Below are positions 56,631-64,000 of a stretch of DNA of 64,000 bases, piece by piece. Below the pieces are notes generated by a model. That model was not told the DNA's origin. It saw only the letters and a program-made list of their open reading frames with translations, and did no database searches. Source of the DNA: Octopus vulgaris (taxonomy: Eukaryota); the NCBI GenBank assembly GCA_951406725.2, contig OX597833.1, positions 72,292,001 through 72,356,000 on the forward strand, in the 5' to 3' direction. Made by a program: the position numbers and the translations under genes. Each line of letters begins with the position of its first letter. Positions within the stretch are counted from its first letter, which is position 1.

Positions 56631-58084
56631 ACTCTAGTTATCACCACAATCCTTGCATCCCACCCCTTGCTGTGAATTGCCTCTGAGAGTTGTATTTATA
56701 AATAGACTTGATGAAGCATAGCATCATTTATTCATAGCTGCTTCCATAGTGGCCATCTTCACACTACAAGGCTGTAAAGTGAATGCAATGCATTAACTGA
56801 GATTTTTATATTTTTTTAAATATTTACTTTTTAATATCCAGTATTTTTTTTCTTTCTTTTTTTATTTTTTGTTTAATCCATTATTCATTTATTTCGTGTC
56901 ACAGTTGACTGGTTTCTTTGTCAGGATCTGGTCTCACCGACTGAAGAGCTGTTGATTTGTATCCAGTCGCCAGTTACTGTACTCTGTCTGTTCCCTAACA
57001 AAGGAACTTAATTCTCTTAGCTTCGGTGTGGTCACTCAGCTTGCTAGAAATAGTAGCTAAATATATGGGCTTCAAATCGCACTATGCCAGTCTTAGCGGG
57101 AGAAAAAGGATTCATTGGAGAATGAAGTCTTTTTATAAAACTAATAAAAACGGGATGCTTTTGATGAAGGTTTGCTCAGTCAGGACCAGCCTAGGGCTTA
57201 AATGACAACATATCTCTGTGATCCAGTTCAAAAGTGGGAGCATAAATACCTTGGCTATGGTTTCTGCTGAGTTATTAGTGGAAGCCATCGATCCTTTGTC
57301 AACATCTAACAACAAAATTCTCTTTTCCTAACAACTATGAGCAACTTTGCATTTCTATCTGATGGAAAACCCCTGGTCTTCCATTCGGTTTCGTTAAATC
57401 AAAATAAACAGAAATTTGTCTTCACGTATATCTTTGAATTGTTTCAGTCATTGGACTGTGGCCATGCTGGAGCACTGCATTGATCGAACAAATCAACCCC
57501 AGGACTTAGTTTTTTAAACCTGGTACTTATTCTTTATATTTTGGAGTATTACTTATTTCAGGAGTCAGTAATATAGGAAACCAAATTTTGTTTCTGTATA
57601 CCTTGTGTCTGTGTATAGTTCTTCTCTGAATGTGTGTATAACTGTTTTTGGATATTGTATTTTGTTTTGCATATAACTCCCAGTTTTGCTAGAATGTGTG
57701 ATATTGAACAGAGCTGGACCCCATACCCTAACCTTTTTGATACCCTAGTAATGGCATGATAATATGTGGGTTCATGTTTAGTCTAAAATCCCCTATTGTT
57801 TATTCTGCATCCCTTTCTGTCTTGTTATTTAGTGATCCAACAAATAGAAATTGATAAAATAAGGACTAATACTGGGGTCCTTATGAGAAGAAGAACTCTT
57901 GAAGAAGATGTTTCAGTAATGAGTGAAACCAGTTTAGAATAGGAAATGTAGAGGTGTGTGTGTGAGTGTGTTAAAGGCCCCAAAAAATCTCAGTTGCTTT
58001 TCATTTCTGTCCACAGACACCTTCTGCTTAGATAACAGAAAGAATTATTAACAACAACAACAACATTGGTCTCCTTATTTTTTA

Positions 58085-58632
58085 ACCTCACAGAGGCAAC
58101 GACCAGTAACTGAGACATTTGGTGATATATTGTACTTGAAAAGACCCATTAAGCCAAGTCATATCGTAGTCATGTCTGATGTTGGTGTCATGTAAGTGGC
58201 ACACAATGTGGTGGCACATAAAGAGCACTGTTGGAGCATTGGGTCTCATGGAGGCACAGTGGCTGAGTTCCTTTGGAGCGATGGGCCTCACGGAGGCAAA
58301 GTGGCTGAGTTCCTCTGGAGCGATGGGCCTCATGGAGGCAAAGTGGCTGAAGATAATAACCAAGAACTTTGGCATTATGTCACACTTGAGAAGAGGACCC
58401 ATCAAGCTGAGCAATATCACAGTCATGGCAGATACTGGTGTCACGCAAATGGCATCCATCACACTCTTGGAGTAATTGGCGTTAGAGAAGGATCCAGCCA
58501 TAGGAAACCATGCCAAATCAGACTGGAGTCTGGGGCAACCTTCCAGCTTACCAGACTGGTCGAACCATCCAACCCATGCCAGCATGGACAACAGACGTTA
58601 AATGATGAGCGTGATGATGATGATGATGATGA
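58085..58632 (+). mobile_element. RTE-tail/family B element containing a 3 x 42-bp tandem repeat (58233-58350)
   Basis: Units start at 58233, 58275 and 58317 (ggagcgatgggcctcacggaggcaaagtggctgagttcct..). The element ends in (gat)n. Confidence 0.85.
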
Positions 58633-58699
58633 TAAAATAGTGGGCTAAGTAAAACTACTGAGTATATTGCTAGAATGCAGTTAATAATAGATGTCTGTT

Positions 58700-59105
58700 C
58701 TCTTCATTCTCCTCTATGGAGTAGAAATGTGGCCTTTCTCAAAGATCCTGGCAAAAAAAAGATTGACAACTCCAATAACAGAACCCTGAGAACCACTGAA
58801 GACACCATGTTTCCAACAAAGAACTGTATGTGTGCACACATCAACCTGCAGCCTCCCACCTCGTAGCATCCGTCACGTGTGCTGGTATGGACATGTCCTC
58901 CATCTTCTGCTACACCATTCACCAGGGCTCTACTCTCATTTGATGCAGCAGTTATGGGCTGGAAGAGGTCTCGTGGCAGGCCCTGCACCAGGTGGCTGGA
59001 TGCGATTAAGGAAGACCTTCAGAGGCCCGACATCACTTTGGAGGGTGCAGAGGGGCTGGTACGGGGCCGCTAGAGATGGGGAGCATTGGTGAACCTGATT
59101 GGCTT
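58700..59105 (+). pseudogene. second RTE-like LINE family, 3' ORF remnant
   Basis: It translates HHVSNKELY..WYGHVL..GWKRSRGRPCTRWLDAIKEDL..RWGALVNLIG. Confidence 0.75.
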
Positions 59106-60527
59106 TATGCATGATGGCTAACCTGGGATGATCCCAGCCCCATGGAGCAAGCAGGGTGGAGTTGTAATTGTGACACTCAACCTTTGATGTTATTCATCTC
59201 CTAGCAGAGTAGTCAGAGAAAAAGAAATTCATTCAATGTTATATGTATTGAGTACTTTATTGGAGAATGGTGTTAATTGCTTAACTTAGATAACTATTTT
59301 GCATAATCTCAGTTTGTGGAACTTTTCAACTTGCTGTACTGCATATTGTGTGTGTGTGGCCTTGTCTTGAGTCTTGACATCATGTGATTGTTGTAAATGA
59401 ATGTCATCCATTTCCAATATTTTGCCAAAACCTGGAAAAATATTCCCTTGCTTAGAAACAGGTAAAGGTTGGCAGCAGGAAGAGCATCTGCCCATAAAAA
59501 GTATCTCTCAATAAATTCCATCTGAGCCATGGAAAGGTGAACGTTTCCATTGTTTTCGCCAGTTAACCCTTAAGGCCAAAATCCACTTCTGACCTCATTG
59601 ACTTTCTCAAAACATTTGGATTATCTGACACTGAGTAATCTTGTTAGATTTTAAAAACACTCTTAAGGGAAAGTTTGTCTTTTAATTGCAAAGATAATTT
59701 CAGGTAACAGTAGTTTTTCGACAGACTATATTCTATAAGGGAAACTTTGTGTACCTAGTGTACAGAACAGTCCTGAGGTACCATATTAATAGGCACCAAC
59801 TTTTAGGGTCAGGTTTGAGGAAACTGGTGTAATAAAAAAAATAAATTACAATAAAGAATATAAAAAAAAATAAAGACTTTCCTAATCACTGAAGCAAATT
59901 GGTAAATGCTTTGAAGCAGATGAGTCTTCTTCTAAATAAATAGATGTATTTTTATTTACTTTTTTTCATATAAGGTGACCTTTGAACTTTTCTGATGTTA
60001 ACTTCATAAGGGCATGATTGTTAAGTCAGAGTTTTTTAAAAAATTTTTTCTAGAAAATCACTTCAGTTTTGATAATGACATTATATACTTCTAGAATGTG
60101 TCATCACAAAGCTAATGTTTTAAGCAAGGATTTTTAAAAATAAACTTAAATGCTGTTTTAAAAAAAACACAAAAAAAACAATAATGGGATTGTTTTAAAT
60201 ATCAATCATTTAGGGTTTAGAAAACTTTTTAAAATTATATAAAAATTTCATAATGTAATTTATGAAATTTAACGCAGTATTAAAATGATTTAATGAAATA
60301 TGGGGAAATATTGTTGGAAAATTGTTTCGTTAAATGTCCACTTTTCCATGCTTATAAGTTAGACTTTTTTTTTTTTTTTGAGCATTTGCCACTCTTGCTA
60401 AATTTTTACCTATTTCCAAGCAAGGTAATATTTTCCCTAAGCAAACAAACAGAAAGCAACCTAGATATGCTTTCACAGGTGATTGTAAACAAATAAGAGT
60501 TTGTAGAAATGGTGACTGTTTTCATAA

Positions 60528-60820
60528 TCATCATCATCATCATCGTTTAACGTCCGCTTTCCATGCTAGCATGGGTTGGACGGTTCAACTGGGGTCTGGG
60601 AAGCCAGAAGGCTGCACCAGGCCAGTCAGATCTGGCAGAGTTTCTACAGCTGGATGCCCTTCCTAACGCCAACCACTCTGTGAGTGTAGTGGGTGCTTTT
60701 TATGTGCCACCGACACAAGTGCCAGATGAGGCTGGCGAACGGCCACGCTCGGATGGTGTTTTTTACGTGCCCACAGCATGGAGGCCAGTCGATGCGGTAC
60801 TGGCTACGGCCACGTTCGGT
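60528..60820 (-). mobile_element. family B short repeat (young, CpGs retained)
   Basis: (cat)n cgtttaacgtccgctttccatgctagcatgggttggacgg..cagctggatgcccttcctaacgccaaccactc. Confidence 0.85.
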
Positions 60821-61837
60821 ACCACATAAAGGAAATTTTGCACTCTCTTTTCTCTCCCTCCCTCCCTCCCTCCCTCTCTCATGTACATGACGGGGTTCTT
60901 CCCGTTTTCATCTACCAAATTTTTTCACTCACAAGACATCTACGGTCATAGCAGAAGACACCAGCTGACATTGCCCACACAGTTGCAATGATTCTTCAAA
61001 TGTAGTCCCAAACCAAAATTCTAAACTGCACAATCGTCTGTCTACCCTGTCTGTGTTTATTAAATGATGTTAACGCATACATACATACACGGGCACACAC
61101 ATACACACACTCGCGTGTTCACGAGTTGCACACCTTTGTGTTTATATATCTTCTATTCAAGCAGGTTACTGAAGACCAGTTTCGAAATGCGTTTGGTCTT
61201 CTTGGAGCTGTGTGTCTGGCACAATTAAACTGCAGAAACAGAAACTAAAAACATTTCCACAAATTTACTCTTTCTGTTGGTTTCTCATTATTTATTTTAA
61301 AATCTTTCCTTCTGATAGGAAACCACTTTGAATAAAAGGCTTTTACCAGCATATTTAGAAAACACAACAGGCATTCAATATATTACAACTCAGAAAAATG
61401 TACCATTCTTAGAGTAATTCTTAAACTCTTCAGAACACTTTCAATTGGCTTCACCGATACTTTTATGCTATCCAAGATTCAGCCACATCCGACTGGAAGA
61501 ATGGATGATGTTTAGTTGCCATGTATAATGTGTACATGTATGTATAATGTAAATGTGGTTGTGTGTGTGTGTAATATACATTATATGCATGTGTCCTTTC
61601 GTTTTTCTGTATGTTCTTACATGTAGACTGCACTCCCTGACTTGCATTTCTATCAGTCGATCACTATTATCACCTGACCTGCTGTAGTTTTTGGAATCTT
61701 CCATTGTATCCCCTGCTGAATGCATAAATTGACCTGTGCAATACAAACTAGAGTTCACATGCTCAACATAAAACCCAAACGCCCTCACTTGCCTTACAAG
61801 GGTTTTTCAACTTGAAAAAGAATTTCTAATGGTTTGT

Positions 61838-61871
<34 letters not shown>

Positions 61872-62653
61872 TAGAGAAACAGTTTTAAAGAGGTGGGTGT
61901 GACTCTGGGTCTATTGCACTTTCCCCACACAGTAATACACATGTATGACATGATGCATTAAAAACATTTGTATTTTCCAAAATACGATCATTTTCTGACT
62001 TGCATTAAAAAATGTTTATCTATCTATCTATCTTTTTCTTTCTTTTGTTCGTTGTATAGTCATATAAGAATCCGTAAGTCAGGAAAAAACAGACACCCAT
62101 CATATTTTTGTCAGTTTGGATGAGCTTCCTCATATATAGGATGTTGTTTGTTTCTGGTCTTCCGTGGAAAGTTCGTTTAGGCATGGGAAAATTATTTCCT
62201 TGCTTGGAGACAGGAGACAGTTTGCCACAAGAAGGGCATAGAAAATCTTTGTCAACAAATTCTGTCTAACCCATGCAAGCATGGAAAAATAGACGCTAAA
62301 TGATGATGATGGCATGTATTCTGGTTTTGAGAATAGGTCTACTGTATCCCTACAAGTTGTAAGAAGTGACTAAACAGGTTGACATCAGGAAAGGCGTCTG
62401 GCTGTCATAAAGAGTTCTCTGATCCATGCCTACAAAGAAAAGCAGAAGTAAAAATGTCCACGATGATTGTGTGTGTGTGCAGCTGCAGGCCTAGTTGTGT
62501 GAATAGGAAATTCACTTTGCATTTGTGTGGTTTTGGGTTCAACTTCACTGCATGGCATCTTAGACAGGTGTCTCTTACTGAACCCTTAGATTGGCTGATG
62601 TTTTATGAGTGGAATTCAGTTGGCAGAAACATGGTGTGTGTGTGCACATATAT

Positions 62654-62990
62654 TCTTTTATTTGTTTTAATCATTTGACTGCTGCCATGTTGGAGCACCG
62701 TCTTTAGTTGAATCAAATCGATTCCAGGACTTACTCTTTGTAAGCCTAGTACTTATTCTATCAGTCTCTTTTGCCGAACCACTAAGCTATGGGGACATAA
62801 ACACACCAACATCAGTTGATGGTGGGGGTACAAATACACACACACACACACGATGGGCTTCTTTCAGTTTCTGTCTACCAAATCCATTCATAAGACTTTA
62901 GAAGATACTTGGCCAAGATGCCACGTAGTAGTGGGACTGAACCTGGAACCATGTGGTTGGGAAGCAAGCTTCTTATCACACAGCCATTCC
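62654..62990 (-). mobile_element. SINE family A (full length)
   Basis: It has the same architecture as 3779-4183. Confidence 0.85.
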
Positions 62991-63603
62991 TCTCAAGAAT
63001 TCCTTCATTCTTGAGGTTGTTTATATTAGCAGCAGCACCAGTCAGTAATGGAATGTTCTTTTTAAGTTAAAAATTTTTTTAATTAGTTGTTTTTTTTTTG
63101 CGTTGGGGTTTGGGGGTTAGATTTAAAGGTTGCATGTAAGTGTGTCTTGGTAAAAGTTAATCCATAAAAATTACTAGAAGAAAAATAAAACTGCTCAATT
63201 GATTTTCTGAGAGAAGTGAAAAAGTGTAATATTTTTTAATATTAACAAAACCGCACTTCGGAAAGTGGAGATCTTCATAAACAGCTGCCCAAGAAGAATT
63301 GCCTTTAATCCATTGACCAAACAAGATTGACAACATGGATTTCTAGCTTAGGAGTCATCAGCCACATGCTGAACAAGAGATAAAGAGAAGGAATTTTGGT
63401 TAGATTGTGTATACACAAATCTCACAAGACAGGTCTTTGTATGGAATCATGAAGAGAAACCAACTAAGAATTGTAGGGTCTGGTTAGCAAATGCCATGGA
63501 ACCAACTGAAGACAGCGAAAGAAAAATGAGAATAATTTTTTTTGCAGCCTAAATTTTAGTGAGTAAAAAGAAGGAAGTATGAAGACACCCCTATTGTTTC
63601 CCT

Positions 63604-63830
63604 TTAACCCTTTCGTTACTATATTTCTGACCAAAATACACCCCTTATGTGTTTCAATTAATTTCTAACATAATCATAAATTTAGTCTGGTTTCATTAAA
63701 CAACTATAACTTTTTTATTTATCAATATATTAATTTGATTTTTGGAAGATAATTTAATAAAATGTTCTCAACCAATTCTATACCATAATTTTTGTCACAA
63801 AGTGACTAATTGCAAAATTCTTGGTGATTT
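63604..63830 (+). mobile_element. piggyBac-like non-autonomous element, left end only
   Basis: It starts TTAA|CCCTTTCGTTAC, and no matching right TIR is found in the window. Confidence 0.4.
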
Positions 63831-64000
63831 TCAAAACTAAATTGAAAGACATTGTTTTTTTTTTTATTAGAAATAAATTTGCTGATAGGTAAAAGTTGAG
63901 AGTTGTGGATGCATTGGTTGATGTTAGGAGATGGGTTTTGGTTAGATAAGAGAATTTAGGAGTGTAGATGGGTGAATCTGTAGAGTGCTGGACACCATTT

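Noticed and set aside
58233-58350. Regular repeats superficially like a CRISPR array
   Set aside because: These are head-to-tail 42-bp units with no unique spacers, inside a retroelement tail in eukaryotic DNA.
61168-61201. CTGAAGA...GAAA hammerhead-like string
   Set aside because: There is no stem II between the core halves, and a competing gaagacca/tggtcttc hairpin sequesters the core.
61912-61926. tattgcactttcccc resembling miR-92
   Set aside because: I found no complementary arm to form a precursor hairpin.

Overview
This is eukaryotic, AT-rich, repeat-dominated DNA, not prokaryotic. The SINE families, RTE LINEs and extreme (TA)n/(CA)n/(TATC)n load suggest an octopod cephalopod genome, which is my inference from repeat recognition and not a database result. 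I can support no intact host protein-coding gene, and almost all ORFs in the track are microsatellite or SINE read-through. The window has three domains. About 1-14.9 kb is rich in transposable elements (TEs): SINEs, a decayed RTE LINE carrying a PHD-like finger, a TIR-to-TIR Tc1 element with DD36E spacing, a 1-kb palindrome and several hammerhead-ribozyme-like motifs. About 15.3-30.4 kb has no recognisable TEs, retains CpGs and is saturated with microsatellites around short unique islands. About 30.4-64 kb is CpG-poor with old SINEs, MITEs and hAT, CR1-like and RTE remnants. The most interesting signal is a set of minimal type-I hammerhead ribozyme motifs in short Penelope/retrozyme-like repeats at 0.3-7.5 kb, one with an apparent U3-A8 compensatory core. 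There are also signs of local mis-assembly around the N gap at 3183-3282.
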